Shown in pieces: positions 1 to 13,136 of a DNA stretch of 64,000 nucleotides. Below the pieces are notes generated by a model. It was given only the letters and a program-made list of their open reading frames with translations, was not told the origin of the DNA and made no database searches. This stretch comes from Eledone cirrhosa. Lineage: Eukaryota. The stretch spans positions 8,432,001-8,496,000 of the forward strand of contig OZ024762.1 in assembly GCA_964016885.1 (NCBI GenBank), written 5' to 3'. The translations under genes and the position numbers were made by a program. How positions within the stretch are numbered: the first letter of the stretch is position 1; each line of letters starts with the position of its first letter.

Positions 1-27
1 ATGCTCTAACCACTAAGCCATGTGCCT

Positions 28-85
<58 letters not shown>

Positions 86-785
86 CTGTGAACAACAGCA
101 ACAACAACAATAATGACAACAACAACCACCACCATTGCAATCTTTTACATCACCCACCTCCACAACCCTTACCTTTTACTATTTCATTTCTTAAGGGTGA
201 CATAAAAAAGAGGAATAAGGCGAGTGAGGGGTGGGGGTGGGGGTTATAAAGAACATGAAAGAGAGAGAGAGAGTGAATGAGAGAGAAGAAAAGACAAACA
301 GAAAGAGGGAGAGAGAGAGAGAGAAGAAGAGGAAGATAAATAGAGAAGGAAAAATGAGACAGAGAGTATATGTGTGTGTGAGAGAGAGAGAGAGAGTGTG
401 TGTAGGTGTGTGAGAGAGAGTGTATGTGTGTGTGAGAGCGTGTATGTGTGTGTGAGAGAGAGTGTATGTGTGTAAGAGAAAGAGAGTGTATGTGTGTGTG
501 TGAGAGTGTGTATGTGTGTAAGAGAAAGAGTGAATGTGTGTGTGAGAGAGAGTATATGTATGTGTGAGAGAGAAAGAGTATATGTGTGTGTGAGAGAGAG
601 TGTGTCTGTGTGTAAGAGAAAGAGAGTGAATGTGTGTGTGAGAGAGAATATGTGTGTGTGAGAGAGGGAGAGTGTGTGTGTGTGTGAGAGAGAGTATATG
701 TGTGTGTGAGAGAGGGTATATGTATGTGTGAGAGAGAGACAGTGTGTATGTGTGTGAGAGACAGTGTGTGAGGGTGGGAATCAGC

Positions 786-816
<31 letters not shown>

Positions 817-838
817 GAAATGTTTAAGTAAAACTCAC

Positions 839-902
839 GCAAACAGGTCTTTAAATTCACATCCGATAGCATCAGCTTCTGTTCTGACGAGATCTATGGC
901 AT
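839..902 (-). CDS. Internal coding exon of an unidentified host gene (xAIDLVRTEADAIGCEFKDLFA), phase 1 to phase 2
   Basis: Strong acceptor (tttcctcttttttgttgttctccccaag) and donor (gc|gtgagt). 64 nt; only one frame is stop-free. Joins in frame to exon 9476-9723 (...GRAVK-N-AIDLVR...). Confidence 0.6.
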
Positions 903-957
903 CTTGGGGAGAACAACAAAAAAGAGGAAATGTAGGATTAGCAATAACAACAACAAT

Positions 958-1512
958 TGTTTGTACATTTGGCACAAGGCCAGCAATTTGAAGGGAAGGT
1001 GGGAAAAAACGATTAAATCAACCCCAGTGTGTTTACTGGTACTTTATTCTATAAACGGCAAAGCTGACCTCAGCAGGATTTGAAATCAAATAATTGTTTC
1101 TACATTTGGCACAAGGCCAGCAATTATCCCAGTGTATTACTGGTACTTTATTTTATCGACCCCGTAAGGATGAAAGGCAAAGTTAACCTCGGCGGGATTT
1201 GAACTCAGGCCGTAAAGGGACGTAACTATGCTAGAAAGCATGGCGTCCAACCCTCTACCGATACTGCCAATCCATCAACTTTAATAATAATAATGGTTTC
1301 TGATTTAGGCACAAGGCCAACAATTTAGGGGTAAAGGAAAGTCAATTAAATCAACCCCAGTGCATTACTGGTACTTTATTTTATTGACCCCTGTAAGGAT
1401 GAAAGGCAAAGTTAACTTCGGTGGGATATGAACACACAACATAAAGGGTCATAACTCTATACTGCAAAGCATGTTGTCCGACGCTCTACTGATTACTGCC
1501 AATTCACCACCA
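958..1512 (-). mobile_element. Cluster of three tRNA-derived SINE copies (family S1, Nin/Deu-like central domain)
   Basis: Repeated ggcacaaggccagcaatt...actggtactttattttatcgacccc...aaaggcaaagtt...gatttgaactc. The B-box-like gagttcaaatccc lies on the minus strand. Same family recurs more than 15 times in the window. Confidence 0.85.
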
Positions 1513-1730
1513 TTAAAACACAAATAATAACAACTAGCTGACTCCATGGAAATTCCACTAACAATAAAAACTAAGACAGTAATTACTTTGACATATATTT
1601 GTTATTGTATCATTAATTATCGTTATAAATTATGCCAGTAATTTAATAGGTCCATGAAGGTGCATGGCTTAGTGGTTAGAGCATTGGGCTTGTAATCGAG
1701 AGGTTATTAAATGTTTCATTCTGTGCTTTA

Positions 1731-1944
1731 TTAACTGTCATTCACATTACTCTATATATACTATTATATTTTCATGATAAATGCTTTATCTCACATAATT
1801 ATCTCACATAATATCGAATCTGTGAGATTTTGAAAGAATTTATTTTGAGAACAATACCTTAACATAAGTTTGAGTGACCAGTTACAGCCAGTTTCCATAG
1901 AAAAAGGTAGAGAATTCTGGCCGGTTTGAACATTAAAGGGTTAA
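1731..1944 (+). mobile_element. piggyBac-like MITE family A, degenerate left end
   Basis: Body matches the other family A copies; ends cattaaagggTTAA. Confidence 0.7.
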
Positions 1945-2424
1945 TATATATGCATTCCAGTGCCACAGACGAGATAACTCTCTTAACATGCTTGAACTCT
2001 TTTCCAACAGTTAATAACTTCAAAGTTATGAAATTGTTTCCAACAGTTCATAACTTCAAAGTTATGAACTCCTTTCCAACAGTTCATAACTTCAAAGCTA
2101 GATGGGGTTACTAGTTTATTGATGTGATGTTTGTCAATCATTCAGATATGTGTTGTTAATGAATTTTTGTTTAAAAAAATAGTCATTTTACTGAAAAAAA
2201 AAACCCAGCACAGCAACTGCACCTGTGTAAAATATACGAGGCAGTCAACAGGTTAAATAAGCTCTTCTAATTGGAAACTTTGTTGTTTGTAAAATGTTCA
2301 GTTTAACAGATGGCAGTTAATTGCATAAAAGTGCAAGTGTTAAATAATTTAAAATTTAAAAATAAAAATAAATAAATACTGGTAAAAAAGAAAATATACT
2401 ACAGTCTTCACCTTCCCTTTCTTA

Positions 2425-2875
2425 TCACCACCACCACTTCCACCATCAATGCTTCCACCACCACCACCACCACCAATGCTACCTCTACCACTACCTCCAC
2501 CACCAACACCACTGCCACCATCTCCATTGCCACAACAACCACCAATGTCATTATCATTACCATCACCACCACCAATGACACCATCACCACCACTGTTACC
2601 CCCACCACCACCATCACCACTGCTACCACCACCACTACCGCCACCACCACCATTGCTACCACCACCACTACCACTACTGCCACCACTACCACCACCACTA
2701 CTACCACCACTACCGCCACCATCACCACCACCACTACCGCCACCACCATCACTGCCACCACTGCTACCCCCACCACTACCACCACCACTGCTACCTCCAC
2801 CACTACCGCCAACACAACTGCCACCACCACCACTACCACTACTGCCACCACCACTATCACTGCCCATAACATCAC
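2425..2875. repeat. (CAC/CCA)n degenerate trinucleotide tract
   Basis: Directly visible. Source of the poly-Pro, poly-Gly and poly-Val ORFs. Confidence 0.95.
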
Positions 2876-3099
2876 CAGCTGCACTTCTCAGTATATTACA
2901 TGTGTATGTATGTGTATCTGATTATATGTCTCTCTCTCTTTTGTCAGTTTGCCTCCTCCCCTAACCTAGCTTTCTACTTTTCTACCTCACACCATTACTC
3001 CATTTCCCCTTTTTCCATCAACACTCTTCTCTCTCTGTCTTTTTTATCCCTCCTCCTACCACGTAACATACAGACATATGCCTATTGTTATTATTATTA

Positions 3100-3350
3100 T
3101 GCTCAGTGTTCAAACCCTGTCGAAGTTAACTTTGCCTTTCATCCTTACGGGGTCGATAAAATAAAGTACCAGTAATGCACTGGGGTTGATTTAATTGACT
3201 TCCCGTTTCTTTTTCAAATCTTGCTGAGGTTAGCTTTGCCTTTCATCCTTACAGAGTTGATAAAATTAAGAACCAGTAATATACTGGGGTCAATTGAATT
3301 GACTTTCCCCTGCCCTCAAAATTGTTGGCCTTGTGACTAAATCAGAAACC
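3100..3350 (+). mobile_element. Two partial S1 SINE copies
   Basis: tttgcctttcatccttacggggtcgataaaataaagtaccag core, present twice. Confidence 0.8.
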
Positions 3351-3486
3351 CTTATAGATAATAATGATTTCTTTTATTGGCTACAAGGGAGCATGACACT
3401 AGGGGCAATGCAAGAATGAATTACAACATAAAGTGGTGTTTATATCAAGTACAAGGGGATATCAACAATTTTAGTAGATAACTGGT

Positions 3487-3710
3487 ACATGGTTTTGTAG
3501 AAAACAGATACGTGTTTTGGTAGAAAACAGATATGTGTTTTGGTAGAAAACAGATACGTGTTTTGGTAGAAAACCTATGTGTTTTTGTAGATAATAGTTA
3601 CATGATTTGGCAGAAAACAGATAAGAGTTTTGGTAGAAAACAGATATGAGTTTTGATGGAAAACAGAAATGTGGTTTGGTAGAAAACAGATCTGTTTTGG
3701 TAGAAAATGT
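3487..3710. repeat. ~23 bp minisatellite (gtgttttggtagaaaacagata)
   Basis: About 9 degenerate tandem units. Confidence 0.85.
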
Positions 3711-4589
3711 GTTTCACAGAACAAGGGGGTATCAAAAAGGGTTAAAAGACAAAAAAAATAAATAAATAAAACAAAACAATAAGAAACACCTTGTATAGAG
3801 TGTAGTCCGAGATATATAACAACAGGATGCTTCAAGTTGGATGTGTTTTATTATAGGTCTGCTCAATCAGGCTTGACCTAGGGCTAAAGAACAACTAACA
3901 CTGCAATAAAAAAGCCATTACCTCCAACACCACTGCTGCCGCCACTATCACCACCACTAGCACTACTACCACTGCCACCACCACCAGCACTACTACCACT
4001 GCCACCACCACCGGCACTATTACCTCTGCCACCACCACTGGCCATATACCATCAATAATTGCTGGACCGTCCTAAAACTGTGCTTAGTCATGCAACATAT
4101 CCGGTCTTCCGGAAACATTTCTCCTGGAAATGTGACAGAGTGGGTGAAGTGGCCAGCTGGGAGGGTGGGGGAGCTGTCCAGAGATTGGGTGGGATGGTGG
4201 TGGAGTTGTCCAGAGATTGGGTGGGATGGTGGGGAAGCTGTCCAGAAATTGGGTGGGCTGGTGGCGCGGAAAGAGGGGGGTGATGTATGTGGAGGGGGTT
4301 TAACATACTAATTAGTGCTAGATGAAGCATATATATGTGTGTATGTGTATGTGTGTAAGTGTGCATTGTATATGTGTTTATGCTTGTGTGTTGTATATGT
4401 ATGTGGGTATGTGTGTGTGTGTATGTGTATGTAAGTGTGTGTTGTATGTGTGTGTTGTATATATGTGTGGGTATGTGTGTGTGTGCACAACAAGTTATAT
4501 AGTCTGAGGTCAACGTTGGTAACATCCTTGGACGAAAAGTAAAGTTGAACCATGGAAGGATTTGAACTCAGAATATAAAGAACCTTAAG

Positions 4590-5795
4590 AGGATGATGAT
4601 GGTAGTGGTGGTGGTGGTGATAGTGGTGGTGGTGAAGGTAATTGTGGGGGTGATGATGGTAGTGGTGGTGGTGGTGAAGGTAATTGTGGGGGTGATGAAG
4701 GTAGTGGTGGTGGTGAAGGTAATTGTGGGGGTGATGAAGGTAGTGGTGGTGGTGAAGGTAATTGTGGGGGTGATGATGGTGGTGGTGGTGGCGATAGTGG
4801 TGGTAGTGAAGGTAATTGTGGGGGTGATGAAGGTAGTGGTGGTGGCGAAGGTAATTGTGGGGGTGATGATGGTAGTGGTGGTGGTGGCGATATTGGTAGT
4901 GGTGATGGTAATGGTGGTGGTGGTGATGGTGATAATGGTAGTGGTGGCGATAGTGATAGTGGTGGTGGTAATTGTGGGGGCAATGTTTGTAGTGATGGCG
5001 GTGCTGGTGTTGGTAGTGGCAATGTTACTATTGGTGGCTGTGTTGGTGTTGGTATTAGCGGCTGTGTTGGTGTTGGTGGTATTGGTGGTGGCAGTGTTAG
5101 TGTTGGTGGTGGCAGTGTTGGTATTGGTGGTTGTGTTGGTGTTGGTGGGGGTGGCAGTGTTGGTGTTGGTGGGGTGGCAGTGTTGGTGTTGGTGGGGTGG
5201 TGGTGTAGGTGTAGATGGTAGTGGTAGTGTCGGTGTTGGTGGTAGCCGTGTTGGTGGCAGTGTAGGTGTAGATGGTAGTGGCAGTGTAGGTGTTGGTGAT
5301 TGCAGTGTAAGTGTTGGTGGTGACAATGTTAGTGTTGGTGGTGGCAGTGTTGGTCATTGCAGTGTAAGTGTTGGTGGTGACAGTGTAAGTGTTGGTGTGA
5401 GTGTTAGTGTTGTGGTGTTAGTGTTGGTGGTGACAGTGTAAGTGTTGGTGGTGGCAGTGTTAGTGTTGTGGTGACAGTGTAAGTGTTGGTAGTGGAAATG
5501 TTGGTATTGGTGGCTGTGTTGGTATTGGTGGCTGTGTTGGTGTTGGTGGTGGCAGTGTTAGCATTGGTGGTGACAGTGTAAGTGTTGGAGGGGTGTAGGT
5601 GTAGATGGTAGTGGCAGTGTAGGTGGTAGCTGTGTTGGTGATTGCAGTGTAAGTGTTGGTGGTGGAAATGTTGGCATTGGTGGTTGTGTTGGTGGTTGTG
5701 AGGTGGTAGCAGTGTAGGTATTGGTGGTGGTAGCAGTGTAGGTATTGGTGGTGGTGGTGGCGACAGTGTAGGTGTAGATGGTAGTGGCAGTGTAG
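4590..5795. repeat. GGT/GTT-rich low-complexity tract with embedded minisatellites
   Basis: Visible units such as ggtaattgtgggggtgatgaaggtagtggtggtggtgaa and cagtgtaagtgttggtggt. Confidence 0.9.
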
Positions 5796-6271
5796 TTTGC
5801 TATACAGTTCCCCCAGTTGTGTGGATGTGAGAAGGAAATGCAATATATTAGAATCAAGATTTCCATGTTGATAACATGGAGGCAGAGGGAGAAATGTGTG
5901 TGTAGGTACATATATATATATATATATATGTTTGTGTGTGTGTACGTGTTTATATATATGTGCGTGTGTGAGTATATGATGTATTTATGTGTGTGGGTGT
6001 GTATAACTACCCCTGAAAGAAACAATTATCCTTAGTGTTATTTTGTGTTATTTTTCTTTTTTATCATCATCATCATCATCATTATTATTATTATTATTAT
6101 TCGGTGTGGGAGGGGTAAATGGAATAAGAAAAGTTATGTTGTAAATTAAATATACTGTACAAACTGACATCAAATATGAGCCTTGAGATTATTATCAGAG
6201 AGAGAGGGAGGGATAGATAGATAGATAGATAAAGAGGGAGAGAGAGAGAGAGAGAGGGGGAATAGATAGAT

Positions 6272-6314
<43 letters not shown>

Positions 6315-6493
6315 TAGATAGATAAAGAGAGAGAAACAATTGTGTGGAGAGATTTGTGAGGCAGGAATTTTTTAAACTTCAGAAAGCAGCACCATAACAG
6401 AGAAAAACAAAAAACTTGCTGAGTCACCATAAGTTTTGAGAGAGAACAACACCATCACTGACACACACACACACACACATACATATTCATTAT

Positions 6494-6941
6494 TTAACCC
6501 TTTAGCATTTACATTACTCTATATTTACTATTGTATTTTCACAGTAAAGTCTTTACCTCACGTAATTATCTCACATAATATTTACATTACTCTATATTTA
6601 CTATTGTATTTTCACGGTAAAGTCTTTACCTCACGTAATTATCTCACATAATATTTACATTACTCTATATTTACTATTGTATTTTCACGGTAAAGTCTTT
6701 ACCTCACGTAATTATCTCACATAATATTTACATTACTCTATATTTACTATTGTATTTTCACGGTAAAGGCTTTACCTCACGTAATTATCTCACATAATAT
6801 CGAATCTATGAGATTTTGATAGTATTTATTTCGAGAACAATACCAAAACATCAGTATGAGGGAGCGGTTATGGCCGGTTTGAACAGAAAGAGGTGAAAGA
6901 TTTCTGGCTGGATATGGTCAGTTTAAATACTAAAGGGTTAA
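6494..6941 (+). mobile_element. piggyBac-like MITE family A with internal 73 bp x4 tandem expansion
   Basis: TTAAccctttagcattt...aaatactaaagggTTAA (TTAA target, CCC/GGG termini). Unit starts at 6507, 6580, 6653, 6726. Confidence 0.85.
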
Positions 6942-7313
6942 AGTTCAAGGGTTGGATATATTTCAGACTGATCAGTACTCAAACAAAGCCATTGACCTCC
7001 AGGAATGCCAGGACCCCACATACAGCACCACACTCTACTAAGTACATTTTATTGTGGCACCAACACCAGGGAAGTTGTCGTGTCTTTGGCATAACCTAAG
7101 AGATTTCCAAACCCTTTGTTTGGAAGGTTTTGTCTTAAGTAATTCTCACCCAAATAACCTGTCTGTCTGTGTGTAAATGTGACCCGTTGTAATGGCGACC
7201 CCTATTATATGTTTCGCTTGTAAAAATGACTTTTTGTAAATATGACTCCTTGTGAACAGGAAAAATTAGTTTGGAAGTGTTCCTTTTACAATTAGTGACC
7301 CTTTTTTTTTTCT

Positions 7314-7753
7314 CTAACCCTTTAGCATTTAAACTGGCCATATCCGGCCAGAATTCTTTCACCTCTTTCTGTTCAAACTGGCCATAACTAGCTGCTCATA
7401 CTTATGTTACGGTATTGTTCTCAAAATAAATAATATCAAACTCTCATAGATTCGATATTATGTGAGATAACTATGTGAAATAAAGTGTTAACCATGAAAA
7501 TACAATAGTATATATATAGAGTAATGTAAATGCTAAAGGGTTAAACCAACCATGTCTGACCAGAATTATTTCACCTCTTTCTGTTCAAACCGGTCATAAC
7601 CAGTTGCTCATCTTATGTTAAGGCATTGTTCTCAAAATAAATAATATCAAATTCTCATAAATTCGATATTATGTGAGATAATTATGTGAGGTAAAGTGTT
7701 TACCACGAAAATACAATAGTAAATATAGAGTAATATAAATGCTAAAGGGTTAA
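7314..7753 (-). mobile_element. Tandem pair of MITE family A copies joined at a TTAA
   Basis: Two bodies each ending aatgctaaagggTTAA (7544, 7753). The second begins at the internal TTAA and lacks the outer TIR. Confidence 0.85.
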
Positions 7754-9150
7754 ACCACCAAACTGTAGTGGTACTTCTCCCTCCAGTCTCTGCTACATGT
7801 CATACTGTCTTCTTATTATCATTTGTTTGCTGTCGGAAGACATGTAGCTTAGTGGCTAGGGTATTAGGCTCATTATTGTAATGTCAGGGGTTCGATTTCC
7901 AGTGATACATTGTGTATGTGTGTGTATGTGTATGGGTGTGTATGTGCACGCATATCAGCAAGTGTGTCAAGCATAAATGTGTGTGTGTGTGTGTGTGCAC
8001 ACATCAGCAAGTGTGTCATTGCAAATATATATAGTATGTGTGTGTTTTGTGTGTGAGTGTGTGTGTCAGTATGTGTATGTGTGTGTGTGAGTATGTATGT
8101 GTGTGAGAATGTATGTGTGGGTATGTGTGTGAGAGTATGTGTATGTGTGTGTGTGAGTATGTGTGTATGTGTGTGTGTGAGTATGTGTCTGTGTGTGTAT
8201 CAATTACAGTTTCTACCTGGATTTTCACCTGGAGTTGGATTCATTCATCTTTCTTTTGAACTTCCAATTATCATCAAACCGACTCTTTTGATAGGACATT
8301 AACCATCATGTCCATCACCACCATCACCATCATCACCATCATGACCATCACCATGACCATCACCATCACCCCCATCATGACCATCACCATCACCACCATC
8401 ATCACCATCACCACCATCATCACCATCACCATCACCACCATCATCACCATCATTATGTGGTGTGGTGGTGTTGAGGTGGTGTGGTGGTAGTGTGTGATGT
8501 GGTGGTGTTGAGGTAGTGTGGAGGTGTTGTGGTAGTGTGTGGTGTGGTGGTATTGAGGTAGTGTGGAGGTGTTGTGGTAGTGTGTGGTGTGGTGGTATTG
8601 AGGTAGTGTGGTGGTGTTGTGGTAGTGTGTGATTGTGTGATGGTGTGGTGGTGTGTCATATACAACAAAAAAAAATCTAAGCTGTGTTGTGATGTGTCTT
8701 ATACAAGAACATAAGCTAGGGTGTGGTGGTGTGTCTGTCCTATACAACAACAGCTAACAGCAGGGAATATTTCCAAAGACATAATCAGGGTGAGATAAGG
8801 GTAGACTGAAAATAACATTGAATGATAACTTAATCAGATTACACACACATATACATGCTGTCATATATATATATGCTGTCATATATTAATGCTCCTCCTT
8901 GGGGCCCCCACCTATAGATTCCACAGATAAAAAAAGGTGCAGAGCTGCTGACAGACAGATATAGCTGCAGTGGGAGCAGGGTAGGCTTTAAAAAAAAAAT
9001 CAACAGGCAGGCCCGGAAGCAAGAGGGGAATTATCAATATACTAGCACAACCTTTTTTGACTATAAAATACTTTAAATAAAGGTAACTATATGGTACTTT
9101 ACATACACATGACTAGACAGTACTTTAAATATGTGAGGCTATATGATACT

Positions 9151-9411
9151 TTCACCCTTTAACATTTAAACCTGCCGTATGTATCCGGTCAGAATTCTCT
9201 CACCTCTTTCTGTTCAAACCGGCCGTAACTGGCCAGAATTCCCTCACCTCTTTCTGTTCAAACCGGCTGTAACTGACCACTGATACTGATGTTAAGGTAT
9301 TGATCTCAAAATAAATAATATCAAAATCTCTTAGATTCGATATTATGTGAGATAATTATGTGCGATAAAGCCTTTACTGTGAAAATACAATAGTAAATGC
9401 TAAAGGGTTAA
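9151..9411 (-). mobile_element. piggyBac-like MITE family A with internal duplication
   Basis: ccctttaacatttaaa...aaatgctaaagggTTAA; segment agaattc..tcacctctttctgttcaaaccggc is duplicated. Confidence 0.8.
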
Positions 9412-9475
9412 AGACATGTAAACATGTGGCACTTTAAATAAAACAATCCAGCATGTAAAGAAAGAAGCAACTTAC

Positions 9476-9723
9476 TTTTCACTGCCCGTCCTGACAAGTC
9501 ATTCCCTCTTCGTATGGACTTGCTCTGTAGAACGGTCATACATTCCATTTCAGTTGAGAATCGTAGCTCCATCATCCAGACCATGACAGCACTTCCTGGT
9601 GTGGTATCCACACTGCTGCTTGTACCTCCACCATTACTACTGACCACACTACCAATACTGCCCGAACTGGACATACTGAAAGCAGTGGACATACTGGGCC
9701 TGGTCACTGGTGGCTCCTTGTTA
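9476..9723 (-). CDS. Internal coding exon of an unidentified host gene (NKEPPVTRPSMSTAFSMSSSGSIG...SAVMVWMMELRFSTEMECMTVLQSKSIRRGNDLSGRAVK), phase 2 to phase 1
   Basis: Acceptor catcttcatttcag and donor aaaa|gtaagt. 248 nt of unique, higher-GC sequence with a single open frame. Confidence 0.75.
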
Positions 9724-10066
9724 CTGAAATGAAGATGGGTGTAGTTGTTTGTAATTAAGTTAATTAACGTTTAACATCCTGTAATGGTTAAACACAAAAC
9801 ATCATCATCATCATCATCGTTTTTACATTTGCTTTTCCATGCTTGCATGGGTTGGACGGATACAATTTGTTAATTCAAATGTTTTTAGTATCTTTACTAG
9901 TGGACAGTTCATTGTGAAAGTTTACAGTAAACTAAAGTAAAGACTTATTATTTTAAATGTGATTCAGTCATAGTTCTGCTTTATACATTTCAAAAATGTA
10001 CAGTTAATGTGGGGTCATGTGGTGCAGGACATTAAAGGTGAAAATCAATTATTTTAAATTGTTTTT

Positions 10067-11415
10067 TTAACCCTTAAGTTACCAATCTGGTCAAAACTGG
10101 CTCTTGTTCTATGAAAAAAAAAACATCCATTTTAACCCTTTAGTTACCAACTTGGCCAAAACCAGCTCTGGTTCTATGAAATAAAACCACCCATTTTAAC
10201 CCTTTAGTTACCAACTTGGCCAAAACCAGCTCTGGTTCTATGAAATAAAACCACACATTTTAACCCTTTAGTTACCAACTTGGCCAAAATCAGCTCTGGT
10301 TCTATGAAATAAAACCACCCATTTTAACCCTTTAGTTACCAACTTGGCCAAAATCAGCTCTGGTTCTATGAAATAAAACCACACATTTTAACCCTTTAGT
10401 TACCAACTTGGCCAAAACCAGTTCTGGTTCTATGAAATAAAACCACCCATTTTAACCCTTTAGTAACCAACTTGGCCAAAATCAGCTCTGGTTCTATGAA
10501 ATAAAACCACACATTTTAACCCTTTAGTAACCAACTTGGCCAAAATCAGCTCTGGTTCTATGAAATAAAACCACACATTTTAACCCTTTAGTAACCAACT
10601 TGGCCAAAACCAGTTCTGGTTCTATGAAATAAAACCATACATTTTAACCCTTTAGTAACCAACTTGGCCAAAATCAGCTCTGGTTCTATGAAATAAAACC
10701 ACCCATTTTAACCCTTTAGTAACCAACTTGGCCAAAATCAGTTCTGGTTCTATGAAATAAAACCACCCATTTTAACCCTTTAGTAACCAACTTGGCCAAA
10801 ATCAGCTCTGGTTCTATGAAATAAAACCACCCATTTTAACCCTTTAGTTACCAACTTGGCCAAAATCAGCTCTGGTTCTATGAAATAAAACCACCCATTT
10901 TAACCCTTTAGTTACCAACTTGGCCAAAATCAGCTCTGGTTCTATGAAATAAAACCACCCATTTTAACCCTTTAGTTACCAATTTGGCCAAAATCAGCTC
11001 TGGTTCTATGAAATAAAACCACCCATTTTAACCCTTTAGTTACCAATTTGGCCAAAATCAGCTCTGGTTCTATGAAATAAAACCACCCATTTTAACCCTT
11101 TAGTTACCAACTTGGCCAAAACCAGTTCTGGCTCTATGAAATAAAACCACACATTTTAACCCTTTAGTTACCAATTTGGCCAAAACCAGTTCTGGCTCTA
11201 TGAAATAAAACCACCCATTTTAACCCTTTAGTTACCAATTTGGCCAAAACCAGTTCTGGCTCTATGAAATAAAACCACCCATTTTAACCCTTTAGTTACC
11301 AATTTGGCCAAAACCAGCTCTGGTTCTATGAAATAAAACCACCCATTTTAACCCTTTAGTTACCAATTTGGCCAAAACCAGCTCTGGTTCTATGAAATAA
11401 AACCACACATTTTAA
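10067..11415 (+). repeat. 64 bp satellite (~21 units) built from the left end of piggyBac-like MITE family B
   Basis: Unit TTAAccctttagttaccaacttggccaaaa(c/t)cagctctggttctatgaaataaaaccacccatt. The rest of the element follows to ~11585 and matches 56759-57007. Confidence 0.9.
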
Positions 11416-11999
11416 AGGTTTCCAATTTAAATTAAAATCTTCCAACATAATTTTACATTAAGAACTTTACATTGTTACAATCTTTGAAATGAAATAATTA
11501 ATAATTCTAGTAAATCCCTCAAAATTCTTTAATTAATTAAAATAGAGTGTATTTCATTAGAAATAAGGTCATGAAAGAATTAGATTTAATTATTCCTAAT
11601 TATCATCTCTGCATCAAAAGATGCCTCAGGTGCCACACAGTTCAGGCTGAAACTAGAGAATGTTGATTTCGAAGTGAACTTCTTAACCACACAGCCTATA
11701 CAAAGTAGTAATGAAAATAAATATGTATTAATAAACCCTTGAAAAAAACAAAAAAACCCAATCCAAATTTGGAATATCATCTGCGTGTCTGTATGTGCTC
11801 CCTACCCACAGGGGAGATATGTGGTGTCTGAGTATCTTTACCATTGTTGACCTAGCACCTTTGCTGAGCAGACTAACAAGGAACTGAAATTGAAGATGGA
11901 CCCTTAATGTAATATAATAAAGGCCCTTTTTATCAACCATTTCTAACCCCCCCCCCCTTATTGCTTGTCTTATTGTTTTATCTTTTAATTGGAATAGTT

Positions 12000-12028
12000 A
12001 CTATACATATACACACACACACACACAC

Positions 12029-12106
<78 letters not shown>

Positions 12107-12209
12107 AATATATATATATATGTAATATATATATATATATATATATATGTAATATATATGTAATATATATGTATTATATATATACGTGTGTATATATAAT
12201 ATATATATA

Positions 12210-12259
<50 letters not shown>

Positions 12260-12294
12260 TATATATATATATATGCATATATATATATATATGC

Positions 12295-12328
<34 letters not shown>

Positions 12329-12365
12329 TATATATATATAAAATATATATATATGCATATATAAA

Positions 12366-12397
<32 letters not shown>

Positions 12398-12418
12398 TAT
12401 ATATAAAATATATATATA

Positions 12419-12453
<35 letters not shown>

Positions 12454-12462
12454 TATATATGC

Positions 12463-12498
<36 letters not shown>

Positions 12499-12974
12499 AT
12501 ATTCAGTAAGAAGCTGTAGTCAGACAAAAAGAGATAAGTGGGATGTTTTCTTTTTGCCTCAACTGTATTTCATGTACACCACCACCACCACCACCACCAC
12601 CACGATGGTTAATGGTTGATGCATTTCATCATCATCATCATCATCATCATCATCGTCGTCATAATTTAATGGTCTGTTCCTCTATGATAGATTTCAGTTA
12701 AAATAAACAATCAGGAAAACATATCATACTTATATATACACCTATTTTTATAGAACCTTCAGAGACAACATCTTACACACTGTCTCTCTCTGTATGTTTG
12801 CATTTCATTACATGTATATATATATATATGTGTGTATATATATATGTGTGTGTGTGTATATATATATACAATAATTACATATATACATACACATATGTAT
12901 ATATATATATATATAAACAAACACACATAAATAAGTACATAAACAAAACAAACAAATAAGTAAAATATATAAAC

Positions 12975-13006
<32 letters not shown>

Positions 13007-13051
13007 GTCCATGAGTGTGTGTGTATATATATATAAATAAATGTATGTCTC

Positions 13052-13098
<47 letters not shown>

Positions 13099-13103
13099 GT
13101 ATG

Positions 13104-13136
<33 letters not shown>

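Noticed and set aside
8229-8290. Possible exon SRFDDNWKFKRKMNESNS
   Set aside because: No pyrimidine tract at the acceptor, and the phase does not fit the neighbouring exons.
9514-9732. Plus-strand 72 aa ORF
   Set aside because: Antisense shadow of the minus-strand exon, which is the strand that carries the splice signals.
10067-11415. CRISPR-like regular repeats (also 25640-26110, 43505-44142, 51375-54525)
   Set aside because: No unique spacers, no cas genes, eukaryotic context: these are tandem satellites.
11586-11700. Apparent minus-strand exon CVVKKFTSKSTF...
   Set aside because: ggctgtgtggttaagaagtt resembles a decayed tRNA-SINE head; there is no donor and the frame runs into a stop.
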